Shown: positions 12,999 to 24,870 of the stretch, piece by piece | Numbering within the stretch: position 1 is the first letter of the stretch | Layout of the letters: the number at the start of each line of letters is the position of its first letter | Source of the DNA: Octopus bimaculoides | Lineage: Eukaryota | Direction of reading: 5' to 3' | Assembly (NCBI RefSeq): GCF_001194135.2 | Contig: NC_068994.1 | Coordinates: 26,533,121 to 26,585,366 of the forward strand | Length of the DNA stretch: 52,246 bases | Program-made: the position numbers and the translations under genes | The notes under the pieces: generated by a model | Told to the model about the DNA's origin: nothing | The model's database searches: none | What the model saw: the letters and a program-made list of their open reading frames with translations, nothing else

Positions 12999-13046
12999 AA
13001 CTAATTGGACATTGAATGAAAAAGGTGAATTATTAAATTCTTGCAG
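12999..13046 (+). other. Candidate 48-bp internal exon (xTNWTLNEKGELLNSCx)
   Basis: ttcttcattatattcAG acceptor, cttgcag|GTATGT donor, open phase-2/phase-2 frame; no homology recognised. Confidence 0.25.
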
Positions 13047-14063
13047 GTATGTCTTGAGATTCTTGTGTTGTAATCTATTACCTTGCAATAGTGAAATATA
13101 TATAAGTTCTATATTGAACTGTCCCATTGAAATGCTAATGATACTTTGACCGACTGATTTTATACCTGGGTTTGAAAAATGTTTACTATTTTCTATTTTC
13201 TCATATTTTCCGTGATCAACAGAACATTTTTAATTTCCTGATTTGATAAACTCTTACCCTTTATGCTATGAAACTCTGTTTTAGAATTGTTCTCTCCTTT
13301 GTAATTAATTGTGCAAGTTTAAAAATTTTACTGAAACTTTTATGACATATTTGTTTTGCATCTATTGAAAAAAATTATTTTTACATACTTTAAAATAAGT
13401 TCATCTGAAGAATTTGAAATATTTTAGGCAAGGTCTCACTTCTCTTTACCTATATTTTCTAAGTAGTATATATTTGTCTACTCACACACATATTTACCTA
13501 TATACACCCATGTTAGCTTACGTATGTACCTGTGTATATGTTTGTGTAATATACATTGTAACATTTATTTTGATATATTTTTATCTTCTATTTTTAACAT
13601 ATTTTCTTTGCTTATTCAACTAAATGTATTATACATGTTTTTTACACGCACATGCATGCTCTCTCTCCCCTCCCCCCTCTCTCTATATATAATTCCTTTG
13701 ATACTAACCTGCCTGAAACTGTCCTTGCTTTGATGATACAAATTTCCTGTTTTAAAGCAATGTAAAATAGTTTTCTAGCAGAATTTCATGTTAATTTGTA
13801 TTTCAAAACACTAGATAAATAAAGACAGAAATGTGGGAATAAGAGGGTTCATGTCCATTTTAAATACATTTATATTTATCATATATATACTAGCATACGA
13901 GTTTCATAAAAAATGCCAAGAGTTTTATAAATGATAGAAAATGGCTCATCAAGACAATCGAGCAAATATATGTACAGACACTGAATAGAAGCATTTAGAC
14001 AATCAGATACAATTGTAACATCACAGTTGAAAATATTATACTCTATTTAACACACACACACAC

Positions 14064-14120
<57 letters not shown>

Positions 14121-14351
14121 AAACATTTCCATGCTCGCATGAATCCGACAGATTCTGGACAGCCAAATATCCTTCTTGTCACCAACCCTCACTTGTTTCC
14201 AAGTATGGTAGTATTTTAGTATGCCTAGATATGATTACGTGGACACAAAGAATACCTAATTTATAACATTGACACACTTATAACTCTTGCCTGATGTCAA
14301 AGTAAAGAGACAGTAAAACAAACACACGCATGTACACACACACACACACAC

Positions 14352-14386
<35 letters not shown>

Positions 14387-14388
<2 letters not shown>

Positions 14389-14770
14389 GTGCAGGAGTGG
14401 CTGTGTGGTAAGAAGCAGCGAGCTGGCAGAAACGTTAGCACACCGGGTGAAATGCTTAGCAGTATTTTGTCTGCCGTTACGTTCTGAGTTCAAATTCCGC
14501 CGAGGTCGACTTTGCCTTTCATCCTTTTGGAGTTGATAAATTAAGTTCCAGTTACGCACTGGGGTCAATGTAATTGACTTAATCCCTTTGTCTGTCCTTG
14601 TTTGTCCCCTCTATGTTTAGCCCCTTGTGGGCAATAAAGAAATAAGAAGCTTGCTTCCCAACCACATGGTTCAGGGTTCAGTCCCACTCCGCACCACTTT
14701 AGGTAAGTGTCTACTATAGCCTCGCGCATGTGAGCAGATATGGTAGATGGAAACTGAAAAGAAGCCGATC

Positions 14771-14866
<96 letters not shown>

Positions 14867-15040
14867 TTGTGTGTCTGTGTTTGTCCACCCAGCATCGCTT
14901 GACAACTGATGCTGGTGTGTTTACATCCCCGAAACTTAGTGGTTTGGTGAAAGAGACTGATGGAATAAGTATTAGGCTTACAACGAATAAGTCCTGGGGA
15001 CGATTTTTTTCAACTAAAGGTGGTGCTCCAGCATAGCCGC
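14387..15040 (+). mobile_element. SINE family A interrupted by SINE family B
   Basis: Head 14387-14416 resumes at 14651; (TA)n centre; family A tail. Confidence 0.88.
14417..14642 (+). mobile_element. SINE family B (CORE-SINE-like) with 8-bp TSD taagaagc
   Basis: gagctggcagaaacgttagc...gttcaaattcc head; gactttgcctttcatcctt core; TSD at 14409-14416 and 14643-14650. Confidence 0.88.
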
Positions 15041-15585
15041 ATATATATGTGTGCATTTATGTGTGTGCATGTGAGAAAGAGAGAGAGAGAGAGAGAGTGA
15101 AGGGATGTGTTGTCATGTATATGTGCATACATAAATACATATGCATAACATCTTTTTTTGTGTGCATGTGTGTGTGAGACAGAGAGAGTGAGTGATGCCT
15201 AAGTGGCACTCTCTCTCTCTCACACACACAAATTCACATGCACATGTCCATTTCATATACATGTACATGCATCTTTCACTTTCTCCTCTCTTTCACTTTA
15301 AAACAAAAGTAAATAAATAAAAAAATATTTCAGAAATTGACAAACAAAATCAGATGTTTGTTTTGGCATTTCTGAGGGTTCAATCAAAATAATGCCGATA
15401 GTTTTTAATGAGCTTTTATTTATACGATTTTTTCATTTCATGTTTATTTCATTCATTGTTTGCAATGTTCTCTCTTCCCCTCACACACTCACTCTCTCTC
15501 TCTCTCTCTCTCACACACACTCTGTCTCTGTAATATAAACGTCCTGAAGGACAGTCTTTGTGCTTGTATTATATATATATATATA

Positions 15586-15999
15586 CTCTTTTACTCTTTT
15601 ACTTGTTTCAGTCATTTGAATGCGGCCATGCTGGAGCACCGCCTTTAGTCGAGCAAATCGACCCCGGGACTTATTCTTTGTAAGCCTAGTACTTATTCTA
15701 TCGGTCTCTTTTGCCGAACCGCTAGGTGACGGGGACATAAACACACCAGCATCGGTTGTCAAGCAATGCTAGGGGGACAAACACAGGCACACAAACACAC
15801 ACACATGCATATACATATATATATATACATATATACGACGGGCTTCTTTCAGTTTCCGTCTACCAAATCCACTCACAAGGCTTTGGTCGGCCCGAGGCTA
15901 TAGTAGAAGACACTTGCTCAAGGTGCCACGCAGTGGGACTGAACCCGGAACCATGTGGTTGGTAAGCAAGCTACTTACCACACAGCCACTCCTGCGCCT
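15586..15999 (-). mobile_element. Full-length, young SINE family A
   Basis: Complete head and tail, CpGs retained, flanked by (TA)n. Confidence 0.9.
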
Positions 16000-16120
16000 A
16001 TATATATATACACTCATACATACACATATTTATATATACATCTGTGCATACATATACATGTGTGTATGTATGCAAGCGTGCTTGTTTTATCTTTATTGGA
16101 AAACGAAAATAAAAGTGTTA

Positions 16121-17810
16121 CATCATCATCATCGTTTAACGTCCGCTTTCCATGCTAGGATGGGTTGGATGATTTGACTGAGGACTGGTGAACCAGATGG
16201 CTGCACCAGGCTCCAATCTGATCTGGTAGTGTTTCTACAGCTGGATGCCCTTCCTAACGCCAACCGCTCTGAGAGTGTAGTGGGTGCTTTTACGTGCCAC
16301 CGGCACGAGGGCCAGTCAGGCGGTACTGGCAATGGCTACGCTCAAAATGGTGTTTTTTACATACCACCTGCACAGGAGCCAGTCCAGCGGTACTGGCAAT
16401 GACCTCGCTGAAATGTTTTCTAACATGCCACCAGCACAAGTGCCAGTAAGGTGACACTGGTAACGATCACGCTCAAATGGTGCTATTTACGTGCCACAGG
16501 CACAGAAGCCAGACAGCTGCTCTGGCAATGATCACACTCAGATGGTGCTGTTAGTGCTCCACTGGCAGAAGTGTCAGTCATCGAATTTGGTTTAATTACG
16601 ATTTCGATTTCACTTGCCCCAACGGGTCTTCACAAGCAGAGTTTAGTGTCCAATGAAGGAGAGGTTGGCATGGGTGCCAGTCGTCGCATTTGGTTTGATT
16701 TTGATTTTACTTGCCTCAACAGATCTTCACAAGCAGAGTTTAGTGTCCAATGAAGTATAGATACGAATAAGTGAGCTGGCTACACTTCTGGCAGAGGCCA
16801 CTGATTATGCACTCACTTGACTTGCTGGGTCTTCTCACGCACTGCATATTTCCAAAGGTCCTGGTCACTAGTCATTGCCTCGGTGAGGCCTAATGTTCAA
16901 AGGTCGTGCTTCACCACCTCATCCCAGGTCTTCTTGGGTCTACCTCTTCCACAGGTTCCCTTAACTGTTAGGATGTGGCACTTTTTCACAGCTATCCTCA
17001 TCCATTATTGCCACATGACCATACCAGCGCAGTCGTCTCTCTTGCACACTACATCTGATGCTTCTTAAATCCAACTTTTCTCTCAGGGCGCTTACACTCT
17101 GTCTAGTATGCACACTGACATTACACATCCATCGGAGCATACTGTCTTTGTTTCTTGCGAGCTTACGCATATCCTCAGCAGTCACGGCCCATGTTTCACT
17201 GCCATGTAGTGTGGTGGTTCGTACACATGCGTCACACAGTCTGCCTTTTACTCTGAGCAAGAGGCCCTTTATCACCAGCAGCAGTAAGAGCTCTCTGAAC
17301 TTTGCCCAGGCTATTCTTATTCTAGCAGCTACACTTTCAGTGCACCCTCCCCCGCTACTAACTTGGTCACCTAGATAGCGGAAGCTATCAACTACTTCTA
17401 GTTTTTCTCCCTGGAATGTGGCAAAGGTTGATTTCTGCACATTTTCAGTGTTTATTCCTCCTGAGCACCTGCCACATACAAAAACTATCTTGCTAGTTAG
17501 CCTTCCTTTGATATTGCTGCACCTCTTATGTGTCCATAGCTTACACTGGGTACATCTTATGGAGTTTCTACCTACACCTTTTCTACAGATTGAGCAGGTC
17601 CATCTACCTGAAGGGGTTTGTGTTTTGTCTACCTTCCTACTTATTAGGACTTTGGTTTTAGGTAGGTTGACTCTAAGGCTCTTCGATTCTAGTCCTTGCT
17701 TCCACACCTGAAACTTCTCTTCTAGGTCTGATAGTAACTCAGCAATTAGTGCAAGGTCATCAGCATAGAGGAGCTCCCAGGAGCATCCTGTCTTGAATTC
17801 CTGTGTTACG
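16121..17810 (-). mobile_element. RTE LINE family 1, 5'-truncated, with a long structured 3' UTR
   Basis: (cat)n tail at 16121; 3' UTR repeats; ORF2 segment below. Confidence 0.92.
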
Positions 17811-17818
17811 AAGGGCAA
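16961..17818 (-). pseudogene. Open 285-aa segment of RTE ORF2 (RT motifs, PHD finger, thumb/C-terminus)
   Basis: LLYADDLAL, CSIC..CTQC..HKRC..CGRC, FRYLGD, LHGSETW, LRWYGHV; lacks the 5' part of the ORF. Confidence 0.9.
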
Positions 17819-18449
17819 AAATGAAAAAAAGGGACAAAAATGAAGGAAAGGAAAAAAGAATTAAAGAATATATATATATGTATGTGTAATTGTTATGTGA
17901 TGGATAATATTTTGAAAAAAAGAGGGTTTAATATATAATTTGATTTGTATATGTGTGTGTGAAATTGATAAATGTAACTTTTGATAAAAATTTTCATTTT
18001 CATTTTGATTAAAATACTGGTGACTTTAGAGTTCACTACAGTTCACCTGCAATTAGCATCTCTGATTGTCACTCACTTCCATTCTGTTGCTTTAGTTTCC
18101 CCTCACCATCATGACCAATGTGTAACACACTGTGATTTATTATATGTACAATATCTCTTTTGTATATTCTATTTATGTACTTACACAACTTTGGCCCTCT
18201 ATTATAATTTATTCTTCTCCTGTTCCTCCACTACAATTTGTCAACTTATTCAATCCTTGATATTTGTATCGCCAATAATGATTGTACAGATTATTCAATA
18301 AAATCTTTTCTTCTCCAAAGTTGTTGGCAAGCTTTGTCTAGTCATCATTACATATTTGCTACAATTTTTTTTATGCCTGCTCTATTCCCATGCTGCTTTT
18401 CCATGCCTGCATCTGTTTATTTAGGTTTTCTCTAACATAGCTTATCATT

Positions 18450-19010
18450 ACTTGTCATGGGTTCTTGTCATTTTTTGGTGACGTTTGCTATTCTAAGTTC
18501 ACCTTTCACCAAAGACTCTCCCAATCTTCCTCTTCTTCAAATTTCTTCTACTTGGGTTGCTTGGCACATTTTCCAACTGTCATCCTCCATATACATCACA
18601 TGTCCATACCAGTGCAGTCTTCTTTGTTGCATACCACATTTAATTCCTCTCCCTCTTTCTCTTTCTCTCTCCCTCTCCCTCTCTGTCCGTCTGTCTCTCT
18701 CTCTCTCACACACACACACAATATGTATGTGTGCACATGTGTGTGTTTTGTATGTATATTTATCACATGTATATGCACTTACAAATATGTATAGTTCTCT
18801 TCCCTGTCTTTGTTTCCCTTTTCCTCCTCTTCAACATCACCTTTATTTTATATCTGTTTTTCCTGCTGGCATGAGTTGGATAGGTTGTCAGTCCAGCTCA
18901 GCTTTTAGTTGGAGCTGCTGTACTCCTAGATTGGTGGTAGAGCAATGTCTCACATGTATTGTCCATTTTTGGAAAGGTTTCTATGGCTGGATATCTTCTT
19001 AACCTCAAAC
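18450..19010 (-). mobile_element. Old RTE remnants (C-terminus ~18450-18650; 3' UTR ~18835-19010)
   Basis: RRLHWYGHVMYMEDDSW on minus; ctggatatcttc motif related to the RTE 3' UTR. Confidence 0.6.
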
Positions 19011-19280
19011 CTTCTATGGAATGCACTCAAAGAACTCTAATGTCCAGTGCTGAGCTCAAATTTGATGTTATGAAGCGATAAAATTGTTCATGGTCAGGAC
19101 ACTGTCGTCTTTTATAAAGAACTTCCCCACTTGATCTGGTACTTATTTCCTGGCAATAAGGTGCACTGTAACAAAACAGAATTATGTGTTCTTTTCTGGT
19201 ATACAACTGATATCTGCTGTGGGTTTGAACTTTGGACCTAGGAGTAAGTTGACTGAATACCTTGTGTGTGTATATATATA

Positions 19281-19336
<56 letters not shown>

Positions 19337-19529
19337 AAGGATGAATAGAATACATAGCATGTACCTAACTTCCTTTTTTGTTCTTTCTCTTGCTTTCTGG
19401 CACCTTACTGGGCAGTTAATTGACTGATTAGGTGTAATTCATAGATCATTAATTTTGAGATATTCCATGCTTTGGTCTCCTTAAGCATCTTACATTACAC
19501 TTTTTCATGTCATGTAGTTCAATGTGATG

Positions 19530-19600
19530 GTCTTGACCTGTTGTACTCTGTAATAGTCTTGACTTGTTCTACTCTGAGATAATCTCGACCAGTTGTACTC
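19530..19600. repeat. 26-bp minisatellite, ~2.7 copies
   Basis: gtcttgacctgttgtactctgtaata / gtcttgacttgttctactctgagata / atctcgaccagttgtactc. Confidence 0.75.
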
Positions 19601-19609
19601 TTGGCTCTG

Positions 19610-20450
19610 CCAGTATGTTTCTGTATGCTCATCTTTGTCTACTTCCAGGTCAACCCTGATGATCATATTCACTAATAATCAATGACATTCCACCCATAAC
19701 CATTATGTATTATATAAGATTACATTATTTAATATACCTTATCCTTATTATAAGACAGTATTGTGTGATGTGAGAGAGATTTGGCTCTTATTTTGGGAAG
19801 ATTAAGTGACCACATAGAAGCTTCCTCAATCGAAGGCGGTGAGCTGGCAGAAACGTTAGCACACTGGGTGAAATGCTTGGTGGTATTTCGTCTGCTGCTA
19901 CGTTCTGAGTTCCAATTCCACCAAGGTCGACTTAGCCTTTCATCCTTTTGGGGTCAATTAAATAAGTACCAGTTACGCACTGGGGTCGATGTAATCAACT
20001 TAATCCCTTCGTTTGTCCTTGTTTGTCCCCTCTATGTTTAGCCCCTTGTGGGCAGTAAAGAAATATGAAGCGTCCTCAATTGTTTGTATGTTTGTAACTT
20101 CTAGTGGTAAACCCCAACAGCTGTGGTGAAAGTGAATCCAGTTTCACTATAACAGTTTCCATTTCTTTGTTCTTTCCATTGTTTGGAGTTAATGGAGACA
20201 ACTCCACTGATGTTTGACCTTGTTCTGACAGAATGATGTAAGTCCATCTCTGTTTAAGTAACTACTGTTGGCAAATCCTGATATCTATGCAATATCTATG
20301 ATATTTCAATATCTGTAATTATTCTAAATGGATTTATAACTGTATCAACTTTTCTAGATTTATTGTTTCAGTCATGAAGTTGGCCCAGTCTTTCATTCCC
20401 TCACCTCTACTAAATTCACTAAAACAGAAGATCAAGCCCATTATAACTAC
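19610..20450 (-). mobile_element. Probable old RTE-like 3' remnant (family 3), split by a SINE B
   Basis: 3' motif ccaggtcaaccctgat resembles motifs near 33720 and 49500; weak C-terminus-like translation. Confidence 0.35.
19835..20065 (+). mobile_element. SINE family B with 14-bp TSD
   Basis: gaagcttcctcaat (19817-19830) and gaagcgtcctcaat (20067-20080). Confidence 0.88.
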
Positions 20451-21198
20451 AGTCATCATAATTATCCTTGTCATAATTACCATTGTCATTATTATTGTCA
20501 TCAATCATTTTCATCATTATTATCAACAGGTTTTATCATCATCATGATTGTTGTAATCGTCATCAACATTGCTATCACCATTACCCTCACTATCATTATC
20601 AACATCATTATCAACACCACTATCACCTTCCTTATAATACTCATCATCATCATCATAACCACCACCACCACCACCACCACCACGATCATCATCATCATCA
20701 TAACATAATGTCTGATAAACATTCATGTGTCAATGTCTGCATTATGTCTTATTGATTTATCTGTGTTTACTCTGGTGTACACAGAGTCCTGTCTTTAGTT
20801 TAACGCTGTAGAATCTTTTAAGACAGTGTAACACAGTCTATATATGGAAGTACCAGTGTGTGTATATATATTTTGCATAATCCCCGTCAATATTGCCAAT
20901 GTTTATTCTGATGTACACAAATTTCTGTCTTTAACTATATAGTCTTTTAAAACAACTCTCCTCAATGCACACACACACACACACACACCAATATAACCTA
21001 TCATATATCATTTATTGATATTTACAACAGTCTGCCATAGTGAACCATGTTACATCACTCCCCCCCCTCTCTCATATTTCATTCAACATAAACTATATAT
21101 AATTCCTTGTTTCCCTATAATTATGCTGCTGTCCAGATTTTCCATCTCAGAATTTAAGTTAATGTTGTTCAATAACAGCAACATTAGAAACAATGGTT

Positions 21199-21559
21199 GT
21201 CTTCTTCTTCTTCTTCTTCTTCTCCTTCTTCTTCTTCCTCTTTTTCTTCTTCTTCTTCTTCTTCTTCTTCTTTTTCTTCTTCTTCTTCTTCTTCTTCTTC
21301 TTCTGCTTCTTCTTCTTCTTCTTCTTCTGCTTCTTCTTCTTCTTCTTCTTCTTCTTCTTCTTCTTCTTCTTCTTTTCCANNNNNNNNNNNNNNNNNNNNN
21401 NNNNNNNNNNNNNNNNNNNNNNNNNNNNNNNNNNNNNNNNNNNNNNNNNNNNNNNNNNNNNNNNNNNNNNNNNNNNNNNNNNNNNNNNNNNNNNNNNNNN
21501 NNNNNNNNNNNNNNNNNNNNNNNNNNNNNNCCTCCTCCTCCTCCTCCTCCTCCTCCTCC
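21199..21559. repeat. Long (TTC)n/(CTC)n tract spanning an N-gap
   Basis: Seen directly; N run 21380-21530. Confidence 0.95.
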
Positions 21560-22049
21560 TTGTCTCTCAGATGCAGTCATGTCACATTATATCCACTGAT
21601 ATCTGATCTACCCTCCACAAACTATAATCTCTTGTTTCTTCCAACTGCTATTATCCATTCTGCCTGATTCTAGTTATAAACAGTTGTATCAAACTATAAC
21701 TTTTTTCCAACTAAGTAATCTAAAGTTGCTAAATTTGTTTCCCAAAAGTAATTGGACACCTACTGAAATAGTTATCTTCACATTTTTAGCCTGGATTAGG
21801 TGATATGCTTGTTTCAAAATTCTGCTTCATATTATTGTGGCTTACCAAAATTATTTTCAAGCAAAGGAGTAGTGGCTACAGATGTCCTCCCTTTTCACCT
21901 ATCCTGATGTTCAGCAAATAAACTTTGAAGGGTTTAGTGACACAAATTGACTCCAGGACTTATTTTATGTTTTCCCTTCAAATCTGGTCTAATAGAATTT
22001 CTTCAAATTCTATCCATCCTCGTTTTTTTTTTTAGCTGAATTGCTAAGT

Positions 22050-22318
22050 TATAGAGCTGTAAGCAAATGAACACTGGTTGCCAAGTGGTGGTGGGGAACA
22101 AACACAAAGGCACACATACATGCACCCCCCCACACACACACACATTCATACACACACACATATACACGATGGGCTTCTTTCAGTTCCCACCTACCAAATC
22201 CACTCAAAAGGCCCTGGTCAGCCAGGACTATAGTTGAAAACACTTGCCCAAGTGCCATGCAATGGAATCATATCATTTGGAAGCAAATGTCTTACCACAC
22301 AACCTCACCTGTGCCTGC
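22050..22318 (-). mobile_element. SINE family A, partial
   Basis: gggcttctttcagttccc...cacttgccc...cttaccacaca blocks. Confidence 0.8.
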
Positions 22319-22987
22319 AGTAAAGAATGACTTGATAGTTGCTGAAACCTAGTCAAAAGAGACACTTGAATGTGTCTCACCAAATTTCAACATGGGTAAC
22401 AACAATGCTTGTACGACAATGACAACATCAATTTCTCAATTAAATTGTAAAAATATAATGGATAAAGCAGTCCTGTACCTGAAAGAGTGGTGGAATAGTT
22501 ACAGCTGTAATATTTTGATCATAACTTTACCCCTTCAGAAATAAACTAGGACTATAAAACAACAACAACAAGATAAATGTTTGCCTGGTTGGTTACAAAT
22601 GATTATTGAAAATGTGGAGACACCAGAAGTAAATAATTTTACAGAAAAATTAAGAAATGTATAACAAAGTTCAATTGTTATTTTCGATTTTGGCACAGAT
22701 TTCATATGAGGACCACCTTACCCACTCCACTCCTGCCTTGAGACATAAATAAAGTGCTGAAAATCACCGCAATTAATTGACTTCTCATAGCAAAGCCATC
22801 ACTCAATCACTGTCATCACAATTACTGTGTCTTTCACAGCTACATTACTGATATACTATCACAAGAATCTTGGACAATAGAGGGTCTGATAAAGAAAGAC
22901 ATAACTGTTAAGAAAGTGGTGAACTATAGAAATTTGTGGCCAGACACACACACACATGTGTCTTGACATTGCATGATGGTTGTAAAC

Positions 22988-23160
22988 TGTTGTGGAAGGA
23001 TTCTGATCACCTCTCAAGTGACTTAAAGGTGAATTGACTCATTGTTATAAAACGGAACTGTGAGTGATTGGCGGTTCATGTTGGTAACAGTTCACTGTGA
23101 ACCTTTGATATAGAGTGTTGAGTCTCATGTAATAGTAATAGTAGTGTCCTATGCAAATTC
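22988..23160 (+). mobile_element. Solo LTR fragment related to the Gypsy LTRs
   Basis: tgttgtggaaggattctgatcacctctcaagtgac...gactcattgttataaaa aligns with 4590 and 8703. Confidence 0.75.
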
Positions 23161-23260
23161 ATCAAACTTAGAACACCATATTCATAGGATTAACAACCGT
23201 AAACTGAGGTGAAGACTAGTCAGCACTCAATTCTATTTTCTTTTTGAAACATATTTCTAT

Positions 23261-23299
<39 letters not shown>

Positions 23300-24024
23300 G
23301 TATATGTATATATATATATATGTATATTTATGTATATGTATGTGCATGTATGTGTTTGTATATATGTGTGTATATGCATATATGTGTACCTGTATGTGTA
23401 TATGTGTATATATATATATGTATATTTATATATATGTGTGTGTGTGTGCGTGCGTTTACATGTATGTATATCCGTGTATATATTTACTTATGTGTAATCA
23501 TGAGTGTATTAACACATGTGTGTACGTCAAACTTTGCGCAGACGTCTGTATCTTGCTTTACGTATGAATATATGCACATATTTATCTATGCTATGTGCGT
23601 ATATTTATGTATATATACGTGTGTGTACCTGCATATATGATTTCCTATACATATACATGTATGTATTTGTCCATACGTGTGCGTATGCGCGTGTATCTAG
23701 TTGTATGTATATACTTGGTTGTGCGTGTGTGAGTGTGTGCGTACATATATGTATCTGTGTATGTATATGTGCATCTAAGTACGAAGAAAAAAAAAATTTT
23801 GTTTAAGTATTACCTTCCTTTCAACTTCTACATCCTTTTCTTTCTCTTAACAGTTGCAACAGTGAAGGCTCATTACATCATTTTCTCTAAACTAGAATGT
23901 ATAATTTTCACGTTCATATTTAAATTTTTTTTCAAATTTTCTCTGTTTTTTACTCATTCTCAAAGTTGGAGAATGATCCGAAAAATTGGATCAGAAAATC
24001 TCTAGTTAGACATTTTTTATTAAT

Positions 24025-24064
24025 GTACCTGAAGAGACTCAGAATGGGTCGAAACGTGTCGTAC
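24025..24064 (+). ncRNA. Minimal type I hammerhead ribozyme with intact core
   Basis: GTAC-CTGAAGA-GACTC agaat GGGTC-GAAA-C gt GTC-GTAC, then AATAAA; predicted cleavage after C24060. Confidence 0.8.
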
Positions 24065-24499
24065 CAATAAAATATTTTACTCACTCCATCTATTTTATTA
24101 ATACTGTTACCCCAACCACCACTATGTTCTTCATCCTTTCTGTTTTTCTCTCCCAATCCTCCCCTATTCTTCTCTTCCTTTCACCATTCCCTCTCTCTCA
24201 CTCCTCCTCCTTGACCCTCTCGTCGCTGACACGTGACAAAAGGGATTCTTTCTTTCTACCTCCTGCCTTCCTATAGAGAAGACGTGAATTTTTTTGTCTC
24301 ATTCACATCTAACTTCGCGTTCAAAATAATTTTTCTATCGTCTTGGCCTAACAGCCCTTACCGTTTGTTTTCACTGTTCTGTCTTGTTTTCCCTGTCTTG
24401 TTCTCACTGTCCTGTTCTTGTTTACACTTTCACCCTCCACAAAAAAATTCCAAATTTAATTAATTTGCTATTGCGGGAAGGACTGTTCCAACGAAGTCG

Positions 24500-24730
24500 C
24501 ATATTGTCCTTACCTTTGAAATGCGGAATAGATGGAACAGGGACAACTGAAGAAGGGAAATATTCTTCATGCTGCATGTCTCGTTTCTCTGTTTGTTTTT
24601 TTCATTGTTTGAAAAAAACGTTTGTTTTCTGTCTTCGTTTTCATGTTTTCGTTTCTCATTGTGTTTAACATGTTTTGTGATGTCCTGTATGTATGTATAC
24701 ATATAGATGTAGGTATGTACATATATATAT
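24500..24730 (+). repeat. Unclassified dispersed repeat (other copies ~32930-33140 and ~44735-44910)
   Basis: Shared ctga(a/t)gaagg..atatt.tc..atg head and gtc(c/a)tgta...tacat.t(a/g)gatg(t/a)aggtatgtacat tail. Confidence 0.6.
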
Positions 24731-24835
24731 ATATGGATATATGCATATATTTATATATTATTTATGTTATTATATGATCGAATGCCATGCACTGTCTCCA
24801 AGTAAGTTTTATATATATACATATATATTTATATG

Positions 24836-24870
<35 letters not shown>

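Noticed and set aside
14050-14118. (CA)n/(TG)n palindromic junction (and the (CG)n run at ~27275) as functional cruciform or Z-DNA elements
   Set aside because: Such junctions are common throughout this microsatellite-rich window; nothing specific supports function.
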